From NCBI GenBank assembly GCA_027310185.1, contig DAIDBH010000014.1, positions 203,706 through 267,705 on the forward strand: DNA of 64,000 nt, written 5' to 3'. The notes beneath the pieces were generated by a model. It saw only the letters and a program-made list of their open reading frames with translations. It searched no databases and was not told the DNA's origin. Both the position numbers and the translations under genes were made by a program. This DNA comes from Thermoplasmatales archaeon. GTDB taxonomy: Archaea; Thermoplasmatota; Thermoplasmata; Thermoplasmatales; Thermoplasmataceae. Shown one piece after another: positions 1-9,510 of the stretch (the stretch's first letter is position 1; each line of letters opens with the position of its first letter).

Positions 1-1
1 A

Positions 2-265
2 ACTGGAATAAATGGAGGAGTTTCCATAATAGGAACTCTTGCCGCCTTTCTCGGATCCTTTGTGATTGCCATTTCCTATGTGATTCTAACGCGAAATCTT
101 GATTGGAAACCACTTGTTCTTATTCTTGTGGCCGGATTTCTGGGAAGCAATATTGATTCACTTCTTGGAGCTATGTTTGAAAATAAAAATGAGTTGTCTA
201 AAGGTCAGGTTAACTTGATAGCTTCCATAGTAGCGGTTCTTTTTACGGTACCTTTTCTATTGTGA
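2..265 (+). CDS. DUF92/TIGR00297 family membrane protein, C-terminal part (5' truncated by the window)
   Basis: Frame is open from base 2: TGINGGVSIIGTLAAFLGS...GFLGSNIDSLLGAMFE...VNLIAS, matching the DUF92 C-terminal motifs. Confidence 0.8.
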   Translation, partial: TGINGGVSIIGTLAAFLGSFVIAISYVILTRNLDWKPLVLILVAGFLGSNIDSLLGAMFENKNELSKGQVNLIASIVAVLFTVPFLL

Positions 266-315
266 ACGTAAAAAAATAAAAATGTAAAGGATTCATCCTG
301 AAATATTCAATCTTA

Positions 316-993
316 TTATGCCTTATTCCTGAAATCTTGGTTTTCCATTAGATATTTAGTGAGGTATATGGATCTTTCCTTTGAAAGGATTCCATTTATG
401 TCTCCTAATCTTTCTCTCCTTGCAATTGACATGTACTCCATTATATTTGTTAGAATGAAATCATTTGCCTTATCAAGAAATATCTCCTGCGGGAAAATTA
501 TGTCGCAATTCTTCCCCTCCTTTGATTCACCGTTTACAAATATGGGATACTTCATAATTGTGCGACTTAAACCCATTACAGGTGTGTAACTCTCGGATAT
601 ACTAAAATTTGCACCTTCACGGGCGATACATACATCAGATAATAGAGTAAGTTCAACACCCAGATTCTTGCAGGTTCCATTTACAAGAGAAAACACAGGT
701 TTGTTTATCATGGCTATAAATGAAGCAACAGTGCTTACCATATCCAGATACCTTACAGATTGCACTGATTCAAATTTTCTTAATCCTGTGAGAAAGTTGT
801 CATTAGAACCTGTTATTGCAACCGCTCTTACCTTATCATCAGTAATTGCAAGAGATATAGCTTTTAAAAATTCTTCAAAAAATAATAGGGAAACTCTCCC
901 CTGATCATCTGATAGGATTGTGATGACGCCGATCCCATCCTCCTGCCAGAAGCTTATCTCCTTAAATCCGGCAACTCTAGGTGCATTACTCAT
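316..993 (-). CDS. Short, degenerate crotonase/enoyl-CoA hydratase-fold protein
   Basis: DDKVRAVAITGS, KPVFSLVNG and GVELTLLSDVCIAREGANF motifs; overlaps the 3' end of the cytochrome b gene. Confidence 0.7.
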   Translation of the reverse strand: MSNAPRVAGFKEISFWQEDGIGVITILSDDQGRVSLLFFEEFLKAISLAITDDKVRAVAITGSNDNFLTGLRKFESVQSVRYLDMVSTVASFIAMINKPVFSLVNGTCKNLGVELTLLSDVCIAREGANFSISESYTPVMGLSRTIMKYPIFVNGESKEGKNCDIIFPQEIFLDKANDFILTNIMEYMSIARRERLGDINGILSKERSIYLTKYLMENQDFRNKA

Positions 994-2665
994 TGTAGTA
1001 TGCCAGCCTGTAAAGTCTTACACCAATTCCTACTATGAATAACAGTGCACCCAGTCCCATTCCGAAACCAGCTTCCTGAACCAGATTAGTTGGGTTAACC
1101 TGTATCATCAGCCATAATATTTCCGCTGCAATGATGAAAAGAATGGCAACCAGAACGTTTACCGTTTTCTGACTTATCTGAATTCCCTTTACCGGCTTTG
1201 TTTGTTGCATTGAAAGGTGCGCGAAATTGGATGATTTCATGGTTCCAAATGCCGCAAATGCAGTAGCAGCTCCGTATGCGCCAACGTTCAAAGTGTTTGA
1301 AACTGTAACCCCATGCATCATATTCCCCAGTTCCAGTGATAGTTCAAATATACCCAAGGACAGGAGAATTACGAATATTATGAAAGATCCTGTAAGCTTT
1401 GCCAGTGATGGCTTGAAGGCACCTTTCTTATACAGGTGACCAAATGCCAGGAAGAAGCCCATGACTATAATGAATGGTGGAAGTAATACCAGTGCCACTA
1501 TGTCATTACTGATTGGTATACCTGGAGCGAGTACTCCCCAGAGGGAGAGAATTATAAGGTATATGATTGCCAGAAGACCGAAGGCAGTAAATACTGGCCT
1601 GGAGAGTGGATGCAAATTGTTAGAACGGTCTAAAAACGGCACCAGTAGGAAATAAACCAGTGGAATGCCTCCAAAGACTGCTGATGCCATCAGTGGTGAG
1701 TATGCACCAAATAGATTGAAGAATTTAAAATCTATTGCTTTGTAAACAAACAGTAAGAACCATGGAGGATATGGAGGAACATAGGGTGCCAGAGGTGATG
1801 TTGATGCTACCTGTGGGAAAGGATCGAATAGTGCTGGAACTCCCATATGTATTGCCCTTAGGGCGTCAATAGCCGATGGAAGAAATAGGAGAATACCAAA
1901 TGTAAAAGCCCCTAACTGCATCATAAACATCAGGTTGTAAGGATACCATTTTTTGTATTCTGGCTTGTCCTTGTCAACTGCTGGCGCCTTATAGTTTGCA
2001 AGTCTCTGAGAAGGCATCATTCCATTTGCCTCGGCTAGGTAGAAATGGAACCCAAATAGGGCACCGATCAGTGCTGCAAGAATTATATGAAGTCCAAGCA
2101 TTCTGATAAACAGGGAGGTGTTTGTTCCATTTCCGAATACGATTTCCTCTGATATTTTACCTATTACAGGAACGGAGAGTGCAATTCCCCTTCCAACATC
2201 TGTTGCATCAGATGATAATACATCTCCCGTCATTGAATACCCGAAATATCCAACTCCAATTGTTAATGCGAGTAATATAACTCCCGTTACCCACTGTAAT
2301 TCCCTTGGTCTCTTGTATGCACCATTGAAATAGTTCCTGAACATATGCAGGTATACTAACACTACCATGGCATATGCGCCATACAGATGTGTTGTTAAAA
2401 AGATTTCACCATATGGAACGTCCCTCAACACATATTCAGTACATGCATAAGCGTTAGCGGGATTATAATAAAGCAGCAAAATAAGTCCGGTTACCACCTG
2501 ATAAATGAACGCCATTGATATTAACGCACCGGTCCAGTACCAGAATCCTCCTTTTTTTCGCATATAGTCAGGTACAGTCGCTAGGGGCAGCTCTTCTATC
2601 TTTAGCGGGTCTTCTCCCAGTACATTTTTTATACTAAAATTCTTTCTTATATCATTCATGCTCAT
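986..2665 (-). CDS. Cytochrome b of an archaeal Rieske/cytochrome b complex (SoxN/SoxC-like, long form)
   Basis: Two H-x13-H heme-ligand pairs (THLYGAY...LHMFR; LHIILAA...FHFYL), GAYKRPRELQWVTG, PPWF as PEWY equivalent, extra C-terminal TM helices. Confidence 0.93.
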   Translation of the reverse strand: MSMNDIRKNFSIKNVLGEDPLKIEELPLATVPDYMRKKGGFWYWTGALISMAFIYQVVTGLILLLYYNPANAYACTEYVLRDVPYGEIFLTTHLYGAYAMVVLVYLHMFRNYFNGAYKRPRELQWVTGVILLALTIGVGYFGYSMTGDVLSSDATDVGRGIALSVPVIGKISEEIVFGNGTNTSLFIRMLGLHIILAALIGALFGFHFYLAEANGMMPSQRLANYKAPAVDKDKPEYKKWYPYNLMFMMQLGAFTFGILLFLPSAIDALRAIHMGVPALFDPFPQVASTSPLAPYVPPYPPWFLLFVYKAIDFKFFNLFGAYSPLMASAVFGGIPLVYFLLVPFLDRSNNLHPLSRPVFTAFGLLAIIYLIILSLWGVLAPGIPISNDIVALVLLPPFIIVMGFFLAFGHLYKKGAFKPSLAKLTGSFIIFVILLSLGIFELSLELGNMMHGVTVSNTLNVGAYGAATAFAAFGTMKSSNFAHLSMQQTKPVKGIQISQKTVNVLVAILFIIAAEILWLMIQVNPTNLVQEAGFGMGLGALLFIVGIGVRLYRLAYYNE

Positions 2666-2675
2666 TGATTCACCT

Positions 2676-3431
2676 TTAACTAGATGCGAGTTTGTTTACA
2701 GTTGTCTTACTTAGGTTGCTTATTGCGTGGCCTCCTGTGAGATCTGACGGGTGTCCGAAAACTACTGGCCCAGTTAGTTTTTTAGCATAAAGGGTATCAG
2801 TAAGATTGTCGTACTTCAAAGTCACAAATGGTAGTGGTCTTTGCGTTGGGTGTGTAATAATACCCGCGCCCCTGTAAGGATCATATGTGCTTCCATGACA
2901 GTCGCAGTGAATAACACCATATGTAGGCTTGGTCGTATTATAAGTCTTTAATGTGCTGATGACGTTTGCGGGTAGAGTGCCCTCCTGACCCGGTGGGTAG
3001 TAATGTATAATTGGAGGTATACATCCCAAATGCTGACAAATTGCACTGTATGATACGATAGAATTACCTGGCCCCACACCCCCTGTAAACGTATATACCT
3101 CACCTGAAGCATCTATGGTTACAGATGTAGGTGGGACTTCCCTGTCGAAGCGGATTATGAAATTAGGTTCATCTGATAGCGGATAATAATAAATCCAGAT
3201 GTTTGGTGATTCTACCTCGAATTGACTTGCCTTCAGTGGCACTGGAGCACTGTTTGGCGTACTTGGATCATTCCAGTATAGTAATGTTTCTGGAAAATTT
3301 GTCAAACCTACGGCAGGTGTAATCAGGTTTTGAACCACTCCCTTGCCAAGTCCCCCTACAGCAGCAACAGCTGAGAGACCAACCATGGCTTTAAGAAATC
3401 CCCTTCTTGATGGATCAACTTCTCCTGTCAT
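2676..3431 (-). CDS. Rieske [2Fe-2S] protein, SoxL-like, Tat-exported
   Basis: SRRGFLK twin-arginine signal; CQHLGC and CDCHGSTY boxes separated by a long insertion. Confidence 0.93.
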   Translation of the reverse strand: MTGEVDPSRRGFLKAMVGLSAVAAVGGLGKGVVQNLITPAVGLTNFPETLLYWNDPSTPNSAPVPLKASQFEVESPNIWIYYYPLSDEPNFIIRFDREVPPTSVTIDASGEVYTFTGGVGPGNSIVSYSAICQHLGCIPPIIHYYPPGQEGTLPANVISTLKTYNTTKPTYGVIHCDCHGSTYDPYRGAGIITHPTQRPLPFVTLKYDNLTDTLYAKKLTGPVVFGHPSDLTGGHAISNLSKTTVNKLASS

Positions 3432-3585
3432 AAATGGTTATTGAATTAATGGTTAAAATGGTTTTCCCTCGTGTTATAACAAGTATTTATACCGGCACGG
3501 GGTTTTTGGATCTTATGATAAGAAAAATCTATCTCTCTATATATTATCTTAAAAAAATTATTATAGACGATCTCAATTGAACAGA

Positions 3586-3894
3586 ATGGATTTTGATGAG
3601 TATGCAAAAATGCAGAAAAGAACTTCGCCAAAGGGTTCAGATATAGTTATGGTCGCTCTAGGTCTTACTGGGGAATCTGGAGAATTTGCAGATATGATTA
3701 AAAAACACCTTTTCCAGGGTCATGAACTTAATAGGGAAAAACTGATCGAGGAACTTGGGGATGTTTTATGGTATATCTTCGAGGGCGCAAGAGTTTTAGG
3801 AATAAGTGCCTCCGAGATTGCAGAGGAAAATGTAAAAAAATTAGAGAAAAGATACCCCGATGGATTTGATCCTGAAAGAAGCATAAAACGCTAG
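3586..3894 (+). CDS. MazG-like nucleoside triphosphate pyrophosphohydrolase
   Basis: LGLTGESGEFAD..KK and EELGDVLWY motifs, C-terminal KLEKRYP; ATG at 3586 preferred. Confidence 0.88.
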   Translation: MDFDEYAKMQKRTSPKGSDIVMVALGLTGESGEFADMIKKHLFQGHELNREKLIEELGDVLWYIFEGARVLGISASEIAEENVKKLEKRYPDGFDPERSIKR

Positions 3895-3972
3895 GACTGG
3901 ACTTTTCATATAATAACAAATATTTTAATTTGATTACTTTTTTATATGTGTTAATTATTTCAATTACCAATA

Positions 3973-5562
3973 ATGAAACCTGTCAATGATGTCCTAAACT
4001 CAATAAGATCCAAGCTGAAACCACGGTCTATAATTATTTTGGCAGTAATTTGTGTTCTCATTTTCCCGGCATTGCTTATAGAGAACAGTTCCATACCAAC
4101 AAGTGATTCCCACCTGTATTTTCTAAGTATGGGAAGCAACAGTTTCCCAGGACTTATCTTACCAAACGAATACAGTTCTGGAAATTCAAGCGCAAACAGC
4201 CAGAAAACTTTCTTTCTGTTAAACAACAGGCTGGAAACTGTTTCCAATACAACTGTAAGGCTGAATGCCTCTGTAGTTGATACAAACCTTTTGTCCCATT
4301 CATCAATTATCCTCACTCTGTATTTCGATACCAATACAGGTTTATCAGGTAATTTTACCCTGAATGATACAGATTTGAGGGGTCATTTACCAGTAGCTTA
4401 CAATAAAACACAGAATATTGTTTCAGGTTATCAAATTTATAACTATACAGTCTTGAAAAGTAACAATAAACCTGTTCCAAACCAAAAGGATGATGAATTT
4501 GAATTTCGTTCCTGTGCGGTTGTTTTAAATAATAAGACAGGAGTAAGGGGCACTTTGAACATGGCCTTTTTACCATCTTATCAGTTAGGTTATTATGGTA
4601 TAGCTCCCGTCTTCTTCATGAATGGCAAACCTGACGGCAGTTATAACCTGTCATACCACCTTTACAATCCCCAGAATAATAATTCCGTTGGTCCACTTGT
4701 CTATCTTGGCAATTTCTCCTTCAATAAGATGTATATGATCAATTCAAATGAGGAACCAATCCTTTCCATGAATGAAGCATACAATGTAACTTTTTTTGTT
4801 AACGGAACTGCAGTGGGAATAGTTTATAGGAGCAGCGTATCCTCTTCATTTTCTTCAGGCATATCGATCCTTGGATTACTTGGAAACACCGGTTCAGAGA
4901 TAATGCTTCTTGTAACAGTGTTTATGGTGTTGATGCTGTTCGTGCCAATGTTCAATCCCTCTGTTTACAAATATTATCTATCCCTGCCAAGGAAGAGATG
5001 GTATACGGTTGTTAATGAGTTTATCTCGTCCTTACTGGCAATGTCAATCTTTGAGGGTTTCGCTTTTGTGGCGACCTATATGATTTCCCAATTAGTGCTA
5101 CACTTTTCTATTTCCGGTCTTGCCTTTGCATACATTTACCTATTAAGCCTGGCTGCATTTACAGTCTTTGCATCCCTTTACCTCCTGTTAGGTGTTTATT
5201 TCATAGGCAAAGCCATGCCCAAAACTTTCCTAACAATATTCCTTGTCTTGGGATATCCCATAATAGATTCACTTTCACAAACTTTGTTTGAAATACAGTC
5301 AATTCTCCCATTTTATTCTAGTAATTCCCTTTTCAAGCCAGTGCTAGAAAACATACGGACACTGAATGTCATCAGTGGCATATTGCCCGTACTTAATGTG
5401 GAAGAATTGAATAGCTATTTCCTGAGAAGTCCGGTCAGTGGAGTGATAATGCTGAATCATCTCTCAATATTCGATCTGTCTCCCATAATATTCCTGTCAT
5501 CCATAATTGGCATTTCAGTGGCTTTGTTTTACCTGTCAATAAAGAGGTATTACAGGTACTGA
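3973..5562 (+). CDS. Membrane protein with a large N-glycosylated ectodomain and an ABC-2-permease-like C-terminal TM bundle
   Basis: N-terminal TM, many N-x-S/T sequons, YYLSLPRKRW motif resembling ABC-2 permeases followed by about 5 TM helices. Confidence 0.6.
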   Translation: MKPVNDVLNSIRSKLKPRSIIILAVICVLIFPALLIENSSIPTSDSHLYFLSMGSNSFPGLILPNEYSSGNSSANSQKTFFLLNNRLETVSNTTVRLNASVVDTNLLSHSSIILTLYFDTNTGLSGNFTLNDTDLRGHLPVAYNKTQNIVSGYQIYNYTVLKSNNKPVPNQKDDEFEFRSCAVVLNNKTGVRGTLNMAFLPSYQLGYYGIAPVFFMNGKPDGSYNLSYHLYNPQNNNSVGPLVYLGNFSFNKMYMINSNEEPILSMNEAYNVTFFVNGTAVGIVYRSSVSSSFSSGISILGLLGNTGSEIMLLVTVFMVLMLFVPMFNPSVYKYYLSLPRKRWYTVVNEFISSLLAMSIFEGFAFVATYMISQLVLHFSISGLAFAYIYLLSLAAFTVFASLYLLLGVYFIGKAMPKTFLTIFLVLGYPIIDSLSQTLFEIQSILPFYSSNSLFKPVLENIRTLNVISGILPVLNVEELNSYFLRSPVSGVIMLNHLSIFDLSPIIFLSSIIGISVALFYLSIKRYYRY

Positions 5563-5563
5563 A

Positions 5564-5914
5564 TTAGAGTGTTAATACCATATAGGCGATCAGAAGCACT
5601 GCGATCAGAAGAATCAGAATTCCTGATGTTACTATTGCAGTTGACGATGGCCTGAAATCTCCTGATTCTATACTTTTCATGTTTTTCATGAAACTTCTCA
5701 GGGCCATTACCTGCATGAAACCACCTGACACAACCAGTATTATTCCTATGGAGGCTGAAAAAGGAGCAGTAACGTTTGAAGAACCTGGCACAAGTTCTTT
5801 TATAATTATTCCGAATTTTGCTACAACAAATCCCAGTGCCATTACTGCAATTCCTGTTCTGACCCATGCCAGATATGTTCTCTCGTTGGCCATATGATCC
5901 GTTACAGTAGACAT
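5564..5914 (-). CDS. DUF202/YidH family membrane protein
   Basis: DHMANERTYLAWVRTGIA signature. Confidence 0.92.
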   Translation of the reverse strand: MSTVTDHMANERTYLAWVRTGIAVMALGFVVAKFGIIIKELVPGSSNVTAPFSASIGIILVVSGGFMQVMALRSFMKNMKSIESGDFRPSSTAIVTSGILILLIAVLLIAYMVLTL

Positions 5915-6226
5915 ATTGTATTTCTGATTATTGTTCGTGTAATAAGATGCTATTAACCTATTTAAAAGCCATTTTCTGCAAAAATGAAGTTACACTAAGT
6001 TTAAGGTCTTTACCTCAGTTTTGCCTGCTAGGCATACCCATATCAGTTTACTTTTGGATGCATGGATTCTTTTCGAGGTATGAATGAAGATAAATGAGAC
6101 TGGTTTTTTGATAGAACCAGGTGATTTTTTCTGGTTACAATGAAGATGAGGTGTTTATCAACTTTTATATTACATTTTAATTATTGTTTAATAATCTTTA
6201 TAAAGAACGTATTATAACGATGTAAA

Positions 6227-7006
6227 ATGAATGTCGTTCCCATACTCGACAGTGTTAATGGTTGTTCTTCATATATAATAGGAGATGAAATTTCTGGGAA
6301 GGCGATTGTGATAGATCCACTTCAATCCTATGGGTTTAAGAATTATGTTATAAGGGCGGCGAAAGAAAGATTATACATAGATATGATTGTTGATACACAT
6401 GTTCATGCTGATCATTATTCTGCAGCAAAACCTCTTGCCAGAGAACTTGGATTCAAGGTATCCATGAGCGAAAATTCACCCAATGAATTTGTATTTAATA
6501 AATTGCGTGATGAACAGGGATTCACGCTGGGAAATCTTGAAATTAAGGTTATGCATGCCGCCGGTCACACTCCTGATAATATTGTCGTAAAAACTATTGA
6601 TAAATCCCGTTCAGATGAGGTTGGGTGTGTATTTACAGGAGATTCACTTTTTGTTGGAGATGTGGGAAGACCAGATCTCGTATATGAAAGCGAGGAAATG
6701 ATAAGAAATGCCATTAGAGATCAATACAATACCATATTCAAGAAATTACTTGTCCTCCCTGACTATGTAGAAATATTTCCATCCCATTCTGGATCATCTT
6801 CCTGTGGTGGCCTCTTTCTAAGCCCAAAATTCAATTCAACAATAGGATATGAAAAAAGATACAATCAATTTCTAAGAGCAAAATCTCTGGAAGAATTTTC
6901 CAGTATGGTCATGAAAACACTGAAACCTCCTCCGGTAAACGCAAAGCGGATCAGAGAGTGGAATCTGAGCAGTAATATTGAATACAATAAAGAAGAGGTG
7001 AATTAA
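6227..7006 (+). CDS. MBL-fold metallo-hydrolase, persulfide dioxygenase (ETHE1/CstB/Blh-like)
   Basis: DTHVHADH, GHTPD, FTGDSLFVGDVGRPDL, PSHSGSSSCG and STIGYEKRYN motifs. Confidence 0.88.
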   Translation: MNVVPILDSVNGCSSYIIGDEISGKAIVIDPLQSYGFKNYVIRAAKERLYIDMIVDTHVHADHYSAAKPLARELGFKVSMSENSPNEFVFNKLRDEQGFTLGNLEIKVMHAAGHTPDNIVVKTIDKSRSDEVGCVFTGDSLFVGDVGRPDLVYESEEMIRNAIRDQYNTIFKKLLVLPDYVEIFPSHSGSSSCGGLFLSPKFNSTIGYEKRYNQFLRAKSLEEFSSMVMKTLKPPPVNAKRIREWNLSSNIEYNKEEVN

Positions 7007-7614
7007 TGGATACTGAAATAATAAAGAAGGAACTTGCGAATCCTGGAACTGTTCTCATTGATGTAGATCCCATGCCATATCTGGAAATTGGATATCCGGA
7101 AGGTGCCATATGTCATCCCATATCCACGGAGCCGTGGGAGGAAATTCTTGAGAGCATGATGGGAAAAAATCATAATGCCATTGCTGTATACTCCTCTTTC
7201 AAACCTGTTGGAGAGTACGCAAGCAGGCTTGCTACAGAATATGGAATTCCAGTTAAATTCACGTTTTCAGATGGACTGGATAAGTGGTCATCAATGGGAC
7301 TTCCTGTCACAAGAATTAAGTCTATGGATGTAAAAGAATTAGAGAGAGATTTGAACCAATTCAATGTTATAGACGTCAGGGAAAGGGATGAGCTGAAATC
7401 GGGATTCATACATGGATCCATAAACATTCCGCTTAGTGAAATAGATTCTGCCCTATTCAGGCTTGATGTTAAGAAAAAATATGCGGTTATATGTGCCCAT
7501 GGAAACAGGAGCAGGGAGGCCTCAAAAATACTTTCTGAATATGGTTTTGATGCACGGACAGTTAATGGTGGTATGTCCCAGTGGATAATTAAAAAGTTTT
7601 CGACGAAGTACTGA
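7006..7614 (+). CDS. Tandem rhodanese-domain sulfurtransferase (N domain lacks the Cys; C domain active)
   Basis: IDVRERDE..GFIHGSINIP and active loop CAHGNR; TAATG overlap with the upstream gene. Confidence 0.85.
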   Translation: MDTEIIKKELANPGTVLIDVDPMPYLEIGYPEGAICHPISTEPWEEILESMMGKNHNAIAVYSSFKPVGEYASRLATEYGIPVKFTFSDGLDKWSSMGLPVTRIKSMDVKELERDLNQFNVIDVRERDELKSGFIHGSINIPLSEIDSALFRLDVKKKYAVICAHGNRSREASKILSEYGFDARTVNGGMSQWIIKKFSTKY

Positions 7615-7718
7615 ATACTATGATCGTACCATTTCGACATACCAAAAGTCAAATATAGTTTTAGTCCTTAAAGATCAGTATGACAGAGATAATTGGCGGG
7701 ATAATATTAGAAAAAAGA

Positions 7719-8288
7719 ATGCCGGAAACACTCCCTAAAGTAACGGTAAGCTGGACCTGGTTTGACCAGTTAAACGGGACAGTTGAGTGGACTTTCAAGA
7801 ATAATACAAATTCTGTCCAGTCGTTTTTACTTTTCAGGAACACCTACTATTTCGGCAACGCCTTCTGGCCAGTTTACATTAATAATGAAGGGTTTAACGA
7901 GAAATTTGCAACCGCAGCAATCCCTCTTTCAGATTCAGGTACCAGTAATAACTCTGCACCACTTTGTGTTGCTGAGTTTCAGGATAAGAAGAGGATAGTA
8001 TGCTTTCTCTTCACGCTTTCACCAAATCAGCAGTGGTCAATGATAGAAGGCGGCTTTTCAGAATCGTTTCCTCCCTCAGGCTACTCGGCCATAATAGCAA
8101 ACGTTTCCGGATCGAAGGACTACTGTATTAAATATGATGAAACACAGGAAACGGACTGGGATTCACAGACTGGAACCAACTATACGGGATACGAACCGAA
8201 CCCAAGCACATTTAACACGGTAACCGCAAAAGTTCAATCAAGTTTTGTGTCATTGTTCAATGATGTAATAACCCCTGCTGAATGCTAG
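7719..8288 (+). CDS. Hypothetical beta-rich protein
   Basis: Long ORF rich in aromatic residues; no recognised motif; ATG at 7719 preferred over 7680. Confidence 0.65.
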   Translation: MPETLPKVTVSWTWFDQLNGTVEWTFKNNTNSVQSFLLFRNTYYFGNAFWPVYINNEGFNEKFATAAIPLSDSGTSNNSAPLCVAEFQDKKRIVCFLFTLSPNQQWSMIEGGFSESFPPSGYSAIIANVSGSKDYCIKYDETQETDWDSQTGTNYTGYEPNPSTFNTVTAKVQSSFVSLFNDVITPAEC

Positions 8289-8330
8289 AATCAATGAAAG
8301 GATCGTGATAACCCATATGTTGATAGAAAT

Positions 8331-8636
8331 CTAGTTTCTATCCTCGAAAGTCATCATTCTGCCATCTCCATATGTCCTGAAATAATATCTATAGGTTTTA
8401 TCTCCAGACATTGCCTCACATTCTCTACCCTTGCTGTAGTTCCCAATCAGTTTTATGTAGTCAATGCTATCCCATCCTGTCCTTTTCTTTATCTCATTAA
8501 CCATGTTTTCAAATATATCAGCGCAGATATTGCAGCAGAAGAACATTCTCTCTCCTTCTATTTCCCTGTAATATTCCCCCCAGGTTGCGTCACATAATGC
8601 ACATCCTTTCTCATTGTTTGTTTTTATACATCTCAC
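8331..8636 (-). CDS. TA0938 family zinc-binding protein
   Basis: KGCALCDATWGEYY...FFCCNICA...GNYSKGR pattern. Confidence 0.85.
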   Translation of the reverse strand: MRCIKTNNEKGCALCDATWGEYYREIEGERMFFCCNICADIFENMVNEIKKRTGWDSIDYIKLIGNYSKGRECEAMSGDKTYRYYFRTYGDGRMMTFEDRN

Positions 8637-9510
8637 CTCGTTCTATTCTTGCGTCCAGATATTCGCTGAAAACCCTTGCAGAATTCAGGTACGCTGATTG
8701 TATGTCTTCAAAGTTTTCCTCAGTTGCATATTTTTCAATAATATCCAGTGCCACATAGGAATGGGATACATCCGCCTCATACCCCTCTTTCAGGAAGTCC
8801 TTTACCTCCTGCTTCACTGACATCTCTTTCAATATCTCTGGATTGAAATATGGATATCTTGCTCCATACCTGTTCAGATCCCTGTTTGCAACAAGTTCGA
8901 GTGAATGCACTGCAGCCATGATTTCGATCCACGATCTTTTCTCGGCAATATTTTCCCATGTTCTAACAGCCATTGCAGTTGCTTTCAGTGGTGTTGAATT
9001 CAGGATTTCTTCCCTCCTTAGACCAAGGGAAATCCCCATCCTGATTAGTAGTTCATGGTGAGATGGTTCCTTTTTCCCGAACCCCTGCATCTCTGTCATA
9101 ATATTCTCCATCTCATAATCGTGTATGTCGTCAAAGTCACTTTTTGCGATTACATATGCACATGATTTTATCCACTGCTTTAAAAAGTGATGATGCTCCA
9201 CGGCATAACCCTTCAGCAGATCTTCATCATACCTCTGCATAGCCATAATAAATGGATGTGGGTTTTCTCCCCTGAAGTTTAACACAAAATTATCTATAAT
9301 CCATCTTTTAATTCCCTTATCTTTCAGGGAATAAAATTCTGAAATCCTCTTTTCAAGTTCTTCCATGCTCAACTTATCCTTTGAAATATTTCTGTTCAGC
9401 CAGGACACATGTTCATAATTACTTTCTGAAGCCTCAGAAAGCAGATGTTCAGAAAGTCCATTAAAATTACCTTTATCAAAAGAACTGTAACAAACAGGAC
9501 AATTTACCAT
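8611..9510 (-). CDS. C2H2 zinc-finger plus TenA/PqqC/CADD (heme-oxygenase-like) domain protein
   Basis: N-terminal CPVC...H...H; C-terminal ENIMTE..SHHELL, HSLE and EADVSH motifs. Confidence 0.8.
   Translation of the reverse strand: MVNCPVCYSSFDKGNFNGLSEHLLSEASESNYEHVSWLNRNISKDKLSMEELEKRISEFYSLKDKGIKRWIIDNFVLNFRGENPHPFIMAMQRYDEDLLKGYAVEHHHFLKQWIKSCAYVIAKSDFDDIHDYEMENIMTEMQGFGKKEPSHHELLIRMGISLGLRREEILNSTPLKATAMAVRTWENIAEKRSWIEIMAAVHSLELVANRDLNRYGARYPYFNPEILKEMSVKQEVKDFLKEGYEADVSHSYVALDIIEKYATEENFEDIQSAYLNSARVFSEYLDARIERGEMYKNKQ

Noticed and set aside
6075-6155. Repeated AATGAAGAT and CTGGTT/AACCAG hairpins as a possible C/D box sRNA
   Set aside because: No suitably placed CTGA box D; short stems like these are expected by chance
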